Shown here: one piece after another, positions 10,301 to 18,929 of the stretch
Layout: every line of letters begins with the position of its first letter
Numbering within the stretch: position 1 is the first letter of the stretch
Assembly: GCA_965223415.1 (NCBI GenBank)
Contig: OZ245002.1
Span: forward strand, 832,001-896,000
DNA: 64,000 bases
Source of the DNA: Myxococcota bacterium
GTDB taxonomy: Bacteria > Myxococcota_A > UBA9160 > UBA6930
Direction: 5' to 3'
The notes under the pieces: model-generated
Databases searched by the model: none
What the model was told of the DNA's origin: nothing
Seen by the model: only the letters and a program-made list of their open reading frames with translations
Made by a program: the position numbers and the translations under genes

Positions 10301-10486
10301 TTCACCTGGACCTTCTCGAACCTGCGCTTCCAGGCGGAGATGGCCTGGCTCCTCGTCATCCTGATGGTCATCAACATGCTGGGCGCCGTCACCGTCGTCC
10401 CCGCCCTCTACTCCATCATCAAGCCCGCGTTCGCCCACGGCCTCCTCGAAGAGCAGGAGCGCGCGAAGGCTGCTGGGGGGGCGTAG
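7367..10486 (+). CDS. MMPL/RND-superfamily transporter (paralog 2)
   Basis: Colinear with paralog 1 (shared QWPDHPFIHAQDKFA, SKIGEASPGTPLLWPDH, VDSVPRYQPTNSWTRG blocks); ATG 7367 after GGAGG. Confidence 0.9.
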   Translation: MAEHPGQHQIRETATLRFARWTVRNRFFVALGLILATLFFLYPTVNAVSSNFGYELKGPMVRVDASARAQWPDHPFIHAQDKFAKTFGSASLVAVAVVVKEGTIFTPETLQKLSRITHRLDGEGYDSRTDERDAYRDEIEENLPEDEEINTFELIKQLDRKFPPYPVNHDRVQALTHGSTRVVTIEPDGAITSEVLVDKVPETQEDADEIREKVRQNPPFIFGRLVSYDEKGAFIAANFINDRLSGREVFMAVFNHVQKIKNGWKCGEAEIAKGMECAEGEWIWEPEEDENHHIYLSGEPMATGWIITHAFEIVQYVILTILLTFLLLLIYFRRLHGVLIPFIAAMATAVWGLGFTGWMGITFDPLVLVIPMIITARAVSHTVQMAERFFEDFEVVMPQVGNDPERAKIEAATVAMGELIVPGTLGIVTDFLGLLVILITSIPQMRDLAVFGAFWVFTILFTVEILHPVMICYMAPPHDSEHYLPSFMIRLMRAIGNFVTGPVTKYMVAGVAVGLLVGSSYIAFTQSKIGEASPGTPLLWPDHEFNQATAAIAEHFGGVDSFVIYADGDRDKATADPEPIQKMEEFERWMDAHTDLGAPVSVVPIIRAYWQQNHYGDPKWYFVPGHPGTVRNVLFQLRQNGSPGFLRPYATDDDRKANISFFYRDHKGDTVSAAVIAAKEFIRQNPIGEVNIRLEQDHAERDATFFDYDKLADNTYYMIGPMLPPRNHSLKVSIRDSEGKYTYIDVPKVQGEAEVPEWIGEFAEMSMDDYLDEMESVDEGEYFAWPDDLEEWDASNVDAIYENEELGVRAVAMKTKNLIVHDLKAVDSVPRYQPTNSWTRGVQFVMAGGVMGVLAAVNDEVERGHIANISLILLVIYILQTLTYRSLWSGTIIVIQLATATMLSLAYMALNDVGLNINTLPVQSVGVGIGVDYAIYIVDRIRQEVVETQGDIDEAVRRTISTTGMAVSFTATTIVGGIFTWTFSNLRFQAEMAWLLVILMVINMLGAVTVVPALYSIIKPAFAHGLLEEQERAKAAGGA

Positions 10487-11030
10487 GGGCGGGGGGCCGC
10501 TTCGCTTCTCTCTCGGAGGTGGGAGACGTCGGCTCCGGGCGCCGGCCGGGCGGAATGGCTCGGCCGGGGCGTGGAGGCCGCGTACGGGGTCGCATGGAGG
10601 GGTCGCCGCTTCCGGCCTTCGGCCGGCGGCAACCTTCGCGCACGACGGTCGTCGTGCCTGCCTGCGCTTGATTTCCGCCCGGCCGGCGCCCGGAACCGAC
10701 GTTCGTCACCCCACGGACGGACGCCGATCCCTTCCGGATGGGCGCAGCCTTCGTAGAAGGGTGAGGGTGGAGGCGACTCGGACGTTCGCGTCGGCTCCAC
10801 CCCTTTTCTTCATTCGCCGGGAGCGACGCCAACTCGAACACCGAGGGCGGGGCGGCGGGTGGGCCCGGCGCGGAAGTCAAGCGCAGCAAGGCCTTCGAGT
10901 ACGCGCCCAGGGCGGCCCGCGTCGCGCACCCTCCGTACGCGCGCGTTCGAAGGCCGCAGCGAGCCATGGAGCGCCGGGCCCACCCGCCGCCCCGCGCTCG
11001 CGCCCCAAGAAGCGAAGCGGCCCCCCGCCC
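10487..11030. mobile_element. MITE-like nested inverted-repeat element
   Basis: 23-bp perfect terminal IR (10487-10509 / 11008-11030) next to both flanking TAG stops; internal 30-bp IRs 10526-10555/10673-10702 and 10842-10871/10971-11000. Confidence 0.6.
10765..10810 (+). terminator. Intrinsic terminator-like hairpin inside the element
   Basis: GGGTGGAG-G-CGAC...GTCG-G-CTCCACCC followed by CTTTTCTT. Confidence 0.5.
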
Positions 11031-11857
11031 TACGACCGCCTCTCCACCCGCTCGAGGATCCGCGCCGCGTTCTCCTCCACCGCCCGCCCGGTGATGTCCA
11101 CCGTCTTCCAGGTGTGGCGGTGGAAGAGGCGGCGGGCGCGGCGGAGCTCCTGGGCGACGCTCTCGGCGTCGTCGTAGGTGCTGTAGGGCGGGGCGCGGAG
11201 CTGGCGGAGGCGGGCCTTGCGGATGCCGAGCAGGGTGGCGCTGTCGACGACCAGGCCGAAGACCTTGCGCGGGTCGAGCTCGAGCAGCTCTCGGGGCGGG
11301 TCGATGCCGGGGACGAGGGGCACGTTGCCGGTCTTGAAGCCCCGCTGGGCCAGATACATCGAGAGGGGCGTCTTGCCCGTGCGCGAGACCCCGGTGAGGA
11401 CGAGGTCGGCCTCGAAGAGGGTGTGGAGGTTCGCGCCGTCGTCGTGGCGGACGGCGAACTCGACGGCCTCGACCCGCCGGAAGTAGTCATCGGAAAAGGC
11501 GTGGAGGACCCCCTGGCGGTATTGAGGCTTCACGGCGTACTGGGCAGACATGGTGCGGATCAGCGGCCCGAGGAGGTCCAGGGTCGGCACGCCGAGCTCC
11601 TGGCCCCGGTCCTGGAGCAGCTGGGCCAGGGGCTCGTGCACGAGGGTGAAGATGACGAGCGCCCCCGCCTCGTCGGCGCGCTCGAGGATGCGGCGCACCT
11701 GGGACTCGTGGCGGATCTCGCCGAAGGTGCGGACCTTGAACTTCTCCTGAAACTGGGTGGCCGCCGCCTGCACGGCGGCCAGGGCGGTCTCCCCGGTGCC
11801 GTCGGAGAGGATGAAGACCTCGCGTCGGCTCGTCTCCGCCTGGGTGTCGCTGGCCAC
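11030..11857 (-). CDS. ppsR: PEP synthase/PPDK regulatory kinase-pyrophosphorylase (DUF299)
   Basis: [53 protein letters not shown]. Confidence 0.92.
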   Translation of the reverse strand: MASDTQAETSRREVFILSDGTGETALAAVQAAATQFQEKFKVRTFGEIRHESQVRRILERADEAGALVIFTLVHEPLAQLLQDRGQELGVPTLDLLGPLIRTMSAQYAVKPQYRQGVLHAFSDDYFRRVEAVEFAVRHDDGANLHTLFEADLVLTGVSRTGKTPLSMYLAQRGFKTGNVPLVPGIDPPRELLELDPRKVFGLVVDSATLLGIRKARLRQLRAPPYSTYDDAESVAQELRRARRLFHRHTWKTVDITGRAVEENAARILERVERRS

Positions 11858-11922
11858 GCCGGGAAGCTAGCGGGCGCTCCTCGGTTGACGCTGCTCGAGG
11901 GGGCCGGCACTTTCCAGCCGCC

Positions 11923-14535
11923 ATGGCCTACGAACCCGATGCGATCGAGGCGCGCTGGCAGCGCTACTGGCTCGAGAACGAGACCTTCCTCTGCGAGGTC
12001 GACCCCGAGCGTCCCAAGTACTACGTGCTCGACATGTTCCCCTACCCGAGCGGGAAGGGGCTCCACGTGGGCCACCCGAAGGGCTACATCAGCACCGACG
12101 CCATCGCGCGCTACAAGCGCATGCGCGGCTTCAACGTGCTGCACCCGATGGGCTGGGACGCCTTCGGGCTACCCGCCGAGCAGCACGCGGTGGAGACCGG
12201 TACCCACCCGTCGATCACCACCCAGGCCAACATCGAGACCTACCGGCGCCAGCTCCGGAGCCTGGGCCTCTCCTACGACTGGTCCCGGGAGGTCGATACC
12301 ACCGATCCGGGCTACGTGCGCTGGACCCAGTGGATCTTCCAACAGCTCCACGAGCGCGGGCTGGCCTACGAGGCCGAGGTGGCGGTGAACTGGTGCCCGG
12401 CCCTCGGCACCGTGCTCGCCAACGAGGAGGTGATCGACGGCAAGAGCGAGCGAGGCGGACATCCGGTCGTGCGGATGCCCATGCGCCAGTGGATGCTGCG
12501 CATCACCGAGTACGCCGAGCGGCTGCTGGCCGACCTGGAGGGCCTCGACTGGCCGGAGCACATCAAGCGGATGCAGGTGGAGTGGATCGGCCGCTCGGAG
12601 GGCGCGCGGGTCGTCTTCCCGCTGCCGGACCACGCGGGCGACGGCATCGAGGTGTTCACCACGCGCCCCGACACCCTCTTCGGCGCCACCTACATGGTGC
12701 TCGCCCCGGAGCATCCCCTCGTCGCGACGGTGACGACGGACGAGCAGCGCGAGGCCGTGGAGGCCTACGTGGCCGAGGCCGCCCGCAAGAGCGAGCGCTC
12801 GCGAACCGCCGAAGGCGACGACAAGTCGGGCGTCTTCACCGGCGCCCATGCCGTGAACCCGGTCAACGACGAGCGCATTCCCGTGTGGATCGCCGACTAC
12901 GTGCTCGCCAGCTACGGCACCGGCGCGATCATGGCCGTCCCCGGCCACGACGAGCGCGACTGGGCCTTCGCGACGAAGTTCGGCCTGCCGATCCTGGAGG
13001 TGGTGGCCGGCGGAGACGTGTCCCAGGGAGCCTTCACCGCCGACGGCACGGCGGTGAACTCGGGCTTCCTCGACGGCCTGCCCACCGGCGAAGCCAAGAG
13101 CCGGATGGGCGCCTGGCTGGAGGAGCGGGGCAAGGGCGAGGCCACGATCAACTACAAGCTCCGCGACTGGCTCTTCAGCCGGCAGCGCTACTGGGGAGAG
13201 CCCTTCCCCGTCCTGCACCTGGAGGACGGCACGGTCAAGCTCGTGCCCGCCGATCAGCTGCCGGTCACGCTTCCCGAGCTCGAGGACTGGACGCCGTCCG
13301 GCGAGTTCGAGACCCCGCTTTCCCGAGTCCCCGACTGGATCGAGACGACGGATCCGGACACGGGCGCAAAGGCCCGCAGGGACCCGAACACGATGCCCCA
13401 ATGGGCCGGCAGCTGCTGGTACTACCTGCGCTTCTGCGATCCGCGGAACGACGGCGCGGCGTGGTCGGCGAAGGCCGAGCGCTACTGGATGCCGGTCGAC
13501 CTCTACGTCGGCGGCGCCGAACACGCCGTGCTGCACCTTCTCTACGCCCGCTTCTGGCACAAGGTGCTCTTCGACTGCGGGCTCGTGTCCACGAAGGAGC
13601 CCTTCCAGAAGCTGCTGAACCCGGGGATGATCCTGGGCTTCGCCTACCGGTACTACGACGACAACCTCGGCGACGATGCGACCGCGACGCCGCGGCCCTA
13701 CCCGTCCTCCGCGGTGCGCCAGGGCCCGGACGGCATGGTGGCGGCCGCCACCGGTGAGCCGGTCAAGGCCCGCTGGGTTCGGCGCGAGGACGTGCGCTGG
13801 GCGGACGACGAGACGCCGCTCCATCCGACGATCGACGACCTCCCCCTGGAGGAGGTCACGGAGAAGATGTCGAAGAGCCGCGGCAACGTGATCTCGCCGG
13901 ACGACGTGATCGCCGAGTTCGGCGCCGACAGCATGCGCCTCTACGAGCTCTTCATGGGCCCCCTCGAGAAGGGCGCGCCCTGGTCCACCGAGGGCATCCC
14001 GGGCTGCCACCGCTTCCTCGCCCGCGCCCATCGCCTGATCGCCGAGCAGGAGCTGGCGGACGGCGATGGGACCCCGGAGCAGGCGCGACTCACCGCGAAG
14101 ACCGTCCAGGGAGTGACCGACGACATGGAGACGATCCAGCCGAACACCGCCATCGCCAAGCTCATGGTGTGGGTCCGCGACGTGAGCCGGGACGCGCCGG
14201 CGCCCCGCGCCGGCGCCGAGGCCTTCGCGAAGATGCTCGCGCCCTTCGCCCCACACTTGGCCGAGGAGCTGTGGCGCGCCCTCGGCCACGAGGACACGCT
14301 GGCCTACGAGCCCTGGCCCGCCGCAGACTCGTCACTCCTCGTCGAGGACACGGTCACCCTCGCCGTGCAGGTCAACGGCAAGCGCCGGGACGAGATCCAG
14401 GTCCCCCCCGACGCCGATCAGGCCGCGATCGAAGCCGCGGCCCTGGCCGCCGAGAACGTCCGCCGCCACGTGGGCGACCAGCCGCCCCGCAAGGTCATCG
14501 TCGTCAAGGGCCGCCTCGTCAACATCGTCCTCTGA
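11923..14535 (+). CDS. leuS: Leucine--tRNA ligase
   Basis: [51 protein letters not shown]. Confidence 0.98.
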   Translation: MAYEPDAIEARWQRYWLENETFLCEVDPERPKYYVLDMFPYPSGKGLHVGHPKGYISTDAIARYKRMRGFNVLHPMGWDAFGLPAEQHAVETGTHPSITTQANIETYRRQLRSLGLSYDWSREVDTTDPGYVRWTQWIFQQLHERGLAYEAEVAVNWCPALGTVLANEEVIDGKSERGGHPVVRMPMRQWMLRITEYAERLLADLEGLDWPEHIKRMQVEWIGRSEGARVVFPLPDHAGDGIEVFTTRPDTLFGATYMVLAPEHPLVATVTTDEQREAVEAYVAEAARKSERSRTAEGDDKSGVFTGAHAVNPVNDERIPVWIADYVLASYGTGAIMAVPGHDERDWAFATKFGLPILEVVAGGDVSQGAFTADGTAVNSGFLDGLPTGEAKSRMGAWLEERGKGEATINYKLRDWLFSRQRYWGEPFPVLHLEDGTVKLVPADQLPVTLPELEDWTPSGEFETPLSRVPDWIETTDPDTGAKARRDPNTMPQWAGSCWYYLRFCDPRNDGAAWSAKAERYWMPVDLYVGGAEHAVLHLLYARFWHKVLFDCGLVSTKEPFQKLLNPGMILGFAYRYYDDNLGDDATATPRPYPSSAVRQGPDGMVAAATGEPVKARWVRREDVRWADDETPLHPTIDDLPLEEVTEKMSKSRGNVISPDDVIAEFGADSMRLYELFMGPLEKGAPWSTEGIPGCHRFLARAHRLIAEQELADGDGTPEQARLTAKTVQGVTDDMETIQPNTAIAKLMVWVRDVSRDAPAPRAGAEAFAKMLAPFAPHLAEELWRALGHEDTLAYEPWPAADSSLLVEDTVTLAVQVNGKRRDEIQVPPDADQAAIEAAALAAENVRRHVGDQPPRKVIVVKGRLVNIVL

Positions 14536-14537
14536 AC

Positions 14538-14609
14538 ACGCAAGAGGGGGGACGTTCCTTGCAACTTGCGCAATTGCGCAAGTTGCAAGGAACGTCCCCC
14601 CTCTTGCGT
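14538..14609. repeat. REP doublet (72-bp perfect palindrome)
   Basis: ACGCAAGAGGGGGGACGTTCCTTGCAACTTGCG-CAATTG-reverse complement; arms match the RAYT flanks; between convergent leuS and the oxidase operon. Confidence 0.9.
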
Positions 14610-14615
14610 TCTGGG

Positions 14616-14831
14616 CTACTCGGGGTGGGCGGCGGCAAGGGAGCGGACGCGGCGGCGGACGTAGAGGACGAGGCCGCCGATCAGCGAGACGGGCAGGACG
14701 CTCATGACGACGGTCATGAGCACGTAGGTATCCCGACTGCGGTCGTCCTCCCCTCCGGCGCAGACGGCGCAGGCGCCGGCGGCGTCGGCCAGCAGGAAGA
14801 TGGCGGCCAGGGCGAGCAGGAGCCTCGTCAT
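14616..14831 (-). CDS. Small membrane protein with CAVC motif (71 aa), last gene of the oxidase operon
   Basis: ATGA overlap with upstream gene; MTRLLLALAAIFLLADAAGACAVCAGG followed by one TM helix. Confidence 0.7.
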   Translation of the reverse strand: MTRLLLALAAIFLLADAAGACAVCAGGEDDRSRDTYVLMTVVMSVLPVSLIGGLVLYVRRRVRSLAAAHPE

Positions 14832-15421
14832 CCGTAGACCCTCCAGTAGAGCAGCGGCCAGACGCCCACCACGAAGTACCAAAAGGCCTGCCCCGACGCG
14901 AAGGTGCTCTGGGACAGTCGTCCGCGCTGCAGGCGCAGGAAGTTCATGGCCAGCACCGTGAGGGCGCCCACCGCGTGGAGGGCGTGCATGCCGATGATCA
15001 GATAGAAGAAGCTGCCGTGGGTGCTCGAGGTGAGCGTCAGTCCCTCCCGGATCAGGGCGACCCACTCGACACCTTGGAAGACGACGAAGAAGCTTCCGAG
15101 GGCGATCGCGCCGCCGAGCCACGGCTTCGCCCGGCGCCGGTCCTTGCGGAAGGCCTTCTGCGCCATGAAGAGCAGCACGCCGGAGAGCAGCAGGGCCGCC
15201 GTGTTGAAGGCCGTCTCCTCGACCGGGAGGCGGGGCTGACCCGGCGGGGGCCAGCCGAGCAGCGACTGGGAGCGGGCGATGCCGAGGGCGCTGATCATGC
15301 CCGCGAAGAGCATCACCTCGGTGAACAGGAAGAGCAGCATGCCCAGCACCGCGCTCGGGATGACCGGCGGCCGCGGGTTCGTCACGACCCGGAGCGAGGA
15401 GTTGACGGTGCGGGAGGACAT
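14828..15421 (-). CDS. Heme-copper oxidase subunit III family protein (second copy)
   Basis: LGMLLFLFTEVMLFAG, FQGVEW, IGMHALH, FWYFVVGVW. Confidence 0.85.
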   Translation of the reverse strand: MSSRTVNSSLRVVTNPRPPVIPSAVLGMLLFLFTEVMLFAGMISALGIARSQSLLGWPPPGQPRLPVEETAFNTAALLLSGVLLFMAQKAFRKDRRRAKPWLGGAIALGSFFVVFQGVEWVALIREGLTLTSSTHGSFFYLIIGMHALHAVGALTVLAMNFLRLQRGRLSQSTFASGQAFWYFVVGVWPLLYWRVYG

Positions 15422-15433
15422 GGGCGGCGGCGC

Positions 15434-15784
15434 CTAGTGGTGGGCTCCGCCGTCGGGGGCGGGCTGCTCCACGTGGGGCTTGATCCACTGGTCGCCCTCG
15501 TGCTTCATCACGTCCGGGGCGGTCCCGGCGAAGAGCAGCAGCATGAAGACCAGGGCCGTGGCCAGCAGGTAGGTCACGTACTGGGGCTGCACGTTCAGGT
15601 GCATGAAGTTCTTCACCACCAGGTACGCCTTCCAGATGGCGATGCCGAAGGCGGTGAGCAGCGTGACGATCTGGATCTCCAGCATCGGCCCCAGCACGCT
15701 GACGACCAGCAGCACCAGCAGGATGGCCCAGATCTTGATGTAGTGGCTCTCGGAGTGCGCGCCGTGCTCGGCGTGTTCGGACAT
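15434..15784 (-). CDS. Cytochrome c oxidase subunit IV (caa3/CyoD-type)
   Basis: Three TMs, KAYLVVKNFMHL motif, position in operon. Confidence 0.85.
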   Translation of the reverse strand: MSEHAEHGAHSESHYIKIWAILLVLLVVSVLGPMLEIQIVTLLTAFGIAIWKAYLVVKNFMHLNVQPQYVTYLLATALVFMLLLFAGTAPDVMKHEGDQWIKPHVEQPAPDGGAHH

Positions 15785-15793
15785 GGCCCGTCC

Positions 15794-16363
15794 TTACTTC
15801 GCGATGTAGAGGAGAGGGAAGAGGAAGATCCAGACGACGTCGACGAAGTGCCAGTAGATGCCCACCAGCTCGACCCGGTGGAGCTCGGCGTTCTTGGCCG
15901 CGTCCTTGGCCACGAAGGCCATCAGGATCATGCCCGCGATCACGTGGGAGGCGTGCACCCCCGCGGCCGTGTAGTAGAAGGACCAGAAGCCGTTGGCGGT
16001 GATCGTGAAGCCGTGCTGGATCTCGGTGGTCCACTCGAAGGCCTTCACGCACAGGAAGACGGCGCCGCCGCCGATCGTGTAGAGCAGGCGCCGGGCGGCG
16101 AGCTTGCCGTCGCCCCGCTCCGCAGCTGCGTGCGCCAGCACCGCCGAGAGGCTCGAGGTGAGGAGCACGAAGGTGTTGAAGGCGCCGATGGCGGTGTTCG
16201 TGTTCGCGGCGTAGTCGGCCCAGATGCCGTGGGACAGCCGGAACATGATGTACGACGCCAGGATGCCGCCGAAGATCACGATCTCGGAGGCCAGCACCCA
16301 CCAGACGGCCAGGCGGCCGGTGGGAATCCCCGCGGCGGTGCGCGTGTTCGCAATCGGTCTCAT
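15794..16363 (-). CDS. ctaE: Cytochrome c oxidase subunit III
   Basis: WVLASEIVIFGG, KAFEW, GVHASHV, IYWHFVDVVWIFLFPLLY; ATG at 16363. Confidence 0.9.
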   Translation of the reverse strand: MRPIANTRTAAGIPTGRLAVWWVLASEIVIFGGILASYIMFRLSHGIWADYAANTNTAIGAFNTFVLLTSSLSAVLAHAAAERGDGKLAARRLLYTIGGGAVFLCVKAFEWTTEIQHGFTITANGFWSFYYTAAGVHASHVIAGMILMAFVAKDAAKNAELHRVELVGIYWHFVDVVWIFLFPLLYIAK

Positions 16364-16386
16364 CGTCTCTCTTTCTGGTGACGGGC

Positions 16387-18087
16387 CTAGGCCGGCTCGT
16401 TCTGGGGCCAGTAGTCGTCTTCGCGGTCCGGATGGCTGTACTCGTAGGGTCCCCGGTACACCGTCGGCAGCTCCTCGAAGTTGCCGTGGCCGGGGGGCGA
16501 AGGCGCCACCCACTCCAGGGTGTTGGCCTTCCACGGGTTGTTCCCGGCCTTCTTGCCGCTCCGCAGGCTCATCCAGACGTTCACGAAGAAGACGACCTGG
16601 AAGGCGATCATGACGAGCAGCGCGGCGGTCGCGAGCTGCCGCAGGTCGAACATCCAACCTTCGGCCAGCTGCGGGAAGTGCTCGTAGTTGTAGATGCGGC
16701 GGTGCTGACCAGCGGCTCCGAGCACGAAGAGCGGAATGAAGATGACGTTGAAGGGGATGATCGTGCCCCAGAAATGGATCTTCCCCAGGGTGTCGTTCAT
16801 CATCTTGCCGGTCATCTTCGGCCACCAGTAGGTGAGCCCGGCGTAGGTCCCGATGATGGCAATCGGGAAGAAGGTGTAGTGGAAGTGGGCCAGCACGAAG
16901 TAGGTGTCGTGGAAGTAGATGTCCGAGCCGCTGGCTCCCAGGAAGATGCCCGTCACTCCGCCGATCAGGAACTCACCGATGAAGGCGAGGGCCCAGAGCA
17001 TCGGCGTGTTCAGCGTGATCGACCCGCCGTACAGCGTGGCGATGTAGACGAAGATCATCTCCGCGATCGGCACCGAGATCAGCAGCGTCGTGATCGTGAA
17101 GACGTGGGCCATGCGCGGGTCGATGCCCGCGATGAACTGGTGGTGGGCCCAGACGGTGAAGGAGAGCACGCCGGTCGCGATCGCCGTGTTCAGCACCGAG
17201 CGGTAGGCGAAGAGCTTCTTCCGCGCGAAGGTCGTGATGATCTCCGCGCAGATGCCGATCGCCGGCAGCAGCACCACGTAGACCTCGGGGTGACCGAAGA
17301 ACCAGAAGAGGTGCTGCCAGAGGATCGGATCGCCGCCCCGGGTCGGATCGTAGAATCCGGTCCCGATGGTCTGGTCGAAGAGCAGCATGATGGCGCCGGC
17401 GACGAGCGGGCCCACCGAAGCCATGAACAGGATGCTCGCGATGACGATGAACCAGACGACGATGGGCACGTCGTAGAGCTTCATGCCCTTGGCGCGGGCA
17501 TTCATCGCGGTCGTGATGAAGTTGATGCCGCCCAGCAGGAAGGCGATGAATTCCAGCGCGACGGCTACCAGCCATATCGACGAGCCCAGGGGCGTCAAGC
17601 TGTACTCCGCCTTGGACGAGAGCGGCGGATAGGCCGTCCAGGCGCCCCCGAAGGCACCGCCCTCGACGAAGAAAGAGGCCAGGAGCACGATCGCCGAGAG
17701 CAGGAAGATCTGGTACGAGAGCCGGTTGATCTTCGGGAAGACCATGTCGTCGCAGCCGATCATCAGCGGAATCAGGTAGTTCCCGAAGGCGGCGATCAGC
17801 ACGGGCATCGCCACCCAGAAGATCATGATCGTGCCGTGGTTCGTGACCAGCGCGTTGTAGTCTGCCGGCGAGACGACGCCCCAGAGCGGCACGTCCATCC
17901 CGGGCCAGGCGAGCTGCATCCGGAAGGCGTAGGCGAAGAAGCCGCCGATCACGCCCATTGCTATGCCCGTGATCATGTACTGGAAGCAGATCATCTTGTG
18001 GTCGGTGGACCACAGGTACTTCCTGAAGAAGCCCTCGTCGTGGTGACCGTGGTCGTCGTGGTGGGTCGCGACTTCGGCGGTGGCCAT
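16387..18087 (-). CDS. ctaD: Cytochrome c oxidase subunit I (A-type, atypical K-channel)
   Basis: TNHG, WFFGHPEVY, VWAHH, HDT..VLAHFHY, RR pair. Confidence 0.95.
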   Translation of the reverse strand: MATAEVATHHDDHGHHDEGFFRKYLWSTDHKMICFQYMITGIAMGVIGGFFAYAFRMQLAWPGMDVPLWGVVSPADYNALVTNHGTIMIFWVAMPVLIAAFGNYLIPLMIGCDDMVFPKINRLSYQIFLLSAIVLLASFFVEGGAFGGAWTAYPPLSSKAEYSLTPLGSSIWLVAVALEFIAFLLGGINFITTAMNARAKGMKLYDVPIVVWFIVIASILFMASVGPLVAGAIMLLFDQTIGTGFYDPTRGGDPILWQHLFWFFGHPEVYVVLLPAIGICAEIITTFARKKLFAYRSVLNTAIATGVLSFTVWAHHQFIAGIDPRMAHVFTITTLLISVPIAEMIFVYIATLYGGSITLNTPMLWALAFIGEFLIGGVTGIFLGASGSDIYFHDTYFVLAHFHYTFFPIAIIGTYAGLTYWWPKMTGKMMNDTLGKIHFWGTIIPFNVIFIPLFVLGAAGQHRRIYNYEHFPQLAEGWMFDLRQLATAALLVMIAFQVVFFVNVWMSLRSGKKAGNNPWKANTLEWVAPSPPGHGNFEELPTVYRGPYEYSHPDREDDYWPQNEPA

Positions 18088-18103
18088 TCAGCTGCTCTCC
18101 CAG

Positions 18104-18802
18104 CTACCGGGCGGTGGCCGCAGCGAGGGCGGTGGGCGCCTGCTGCGCCTGCCAGGCCGCGTGCTGTTCCGGGGACTCGATGAAGATGCGGGCCGGCATG
18201 AGGCCGTGGCCGATGCCGCAGATCTCCGCACACTGGATGTCGTACTCGCCGGTGAGCGTGGGCTCGAACCAGCCGGTGATCACCCGACCGGGAATGGCGT
18301 CCTGCTTGAGCCGGAAGACCGGCACCGAGAAGTCGTGGAGGACGTCGAGCGACGTGAGCTCGTAGACGTACTTCCTGTTCACCTGGACGTGCAGCTCGTC
18401 GACCTTGGTGATGTCGTCGGCCGTATCGAGCTTCCCGTCGGGGCCGGCGTGAACGAAGGTCCAGGCCCACTGCTGCGAGATCACGCGCACCTTCTCGGAC
18501 TCCGCCTCGGCCGGCAGGGTCTGCTTGATGTCCACCCAGACCTGCACGGCGCCGATCACGATGAAGATGTCGCAAACGAGGATCAGGTGATGCGGCCAGT
18601 GCACCCAGCGGCTCTCGTGCTTCTCGTAGCCAGTGACGTACTCGGCCTTGGGATGCGACTTCTTGCGGTAGCGGAGGATCAGATAGAAGAAGGTGAAGAG
18701 GCTCGCGAAGAACCAGAACCCGACCAGGATCGCGATCAGGTTGACGACGTTGTCCAGGCTCGCGGCGTAGCTCGACGCCTGGACCAGGTAGCGTTCGATC
18801 AT
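18104..18802 (-). CDS. ctaC: Cytochrome c oxidase subunit II (CuA)
   Basis: DVLHDF and CAEICGIGHGLM CuA ligands; QQWAW; ATG at 18802. Confidence 0.93.
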   Translation of the reverse strand: MIERYLVQASSYAASLDNVVNLIAILVGFWFFASLFTFFYLILRYRKKSHPKAEYVTGYEKHESRWVHWPHHLILVCDIFIVIGAVQVWVDIKQTLPAEAESEKVRVISQQWAWTFVHAGPDGKLDTADDITKVDELHVQVNRKYVYELTSLDVLHDFSVPVFRLKQDAIPGRVITGWFEPTLTGEYDIQCAEICGIGHGLMPARIFIESPEQHAAWQAQQAPTALAAATAR

Positions 18803-18812
18803 CGCTGCACCC

Positions 18813-18920
18813 CTAGAGAATGAACAGGAACACGATGGCGATCCAGGCACCGACGCCAGCCATCGTCATGAGGAAGAGGCGGGTGGCAAACTGCTCCGCC
18901 GTGTACTCCTTGCCGGCCAT
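18813..18920 (-). CDS. 35-aa single-TM peptide in the oxidase operon
   Basis: MAGKEYTAEQFATRLFLMTMAGVGAWIAIVFLFIL*; GAGGGGA upstream; fills the gap between the cytochrome c and subunit II genes. Confidence 0.7.
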   Translation of the reverse strand: MAGKEYTAEQFATRLFLMTMAGVGAWIAIVFLFIL

Positions 18921-18929
18921 GGGATCCCC

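Noticed and set aside
11030..11857. ppsR regulating the ptsP in this window
   Set aside because: About 16 kb apart with no linkage; the shared TSH motif is generic to PEP-utilising enzymes.
14538..14609. Palindromic repeats as a CRISPR array
   Set aside because: Dispersed inverted doublets with no spacers and no cas genes.
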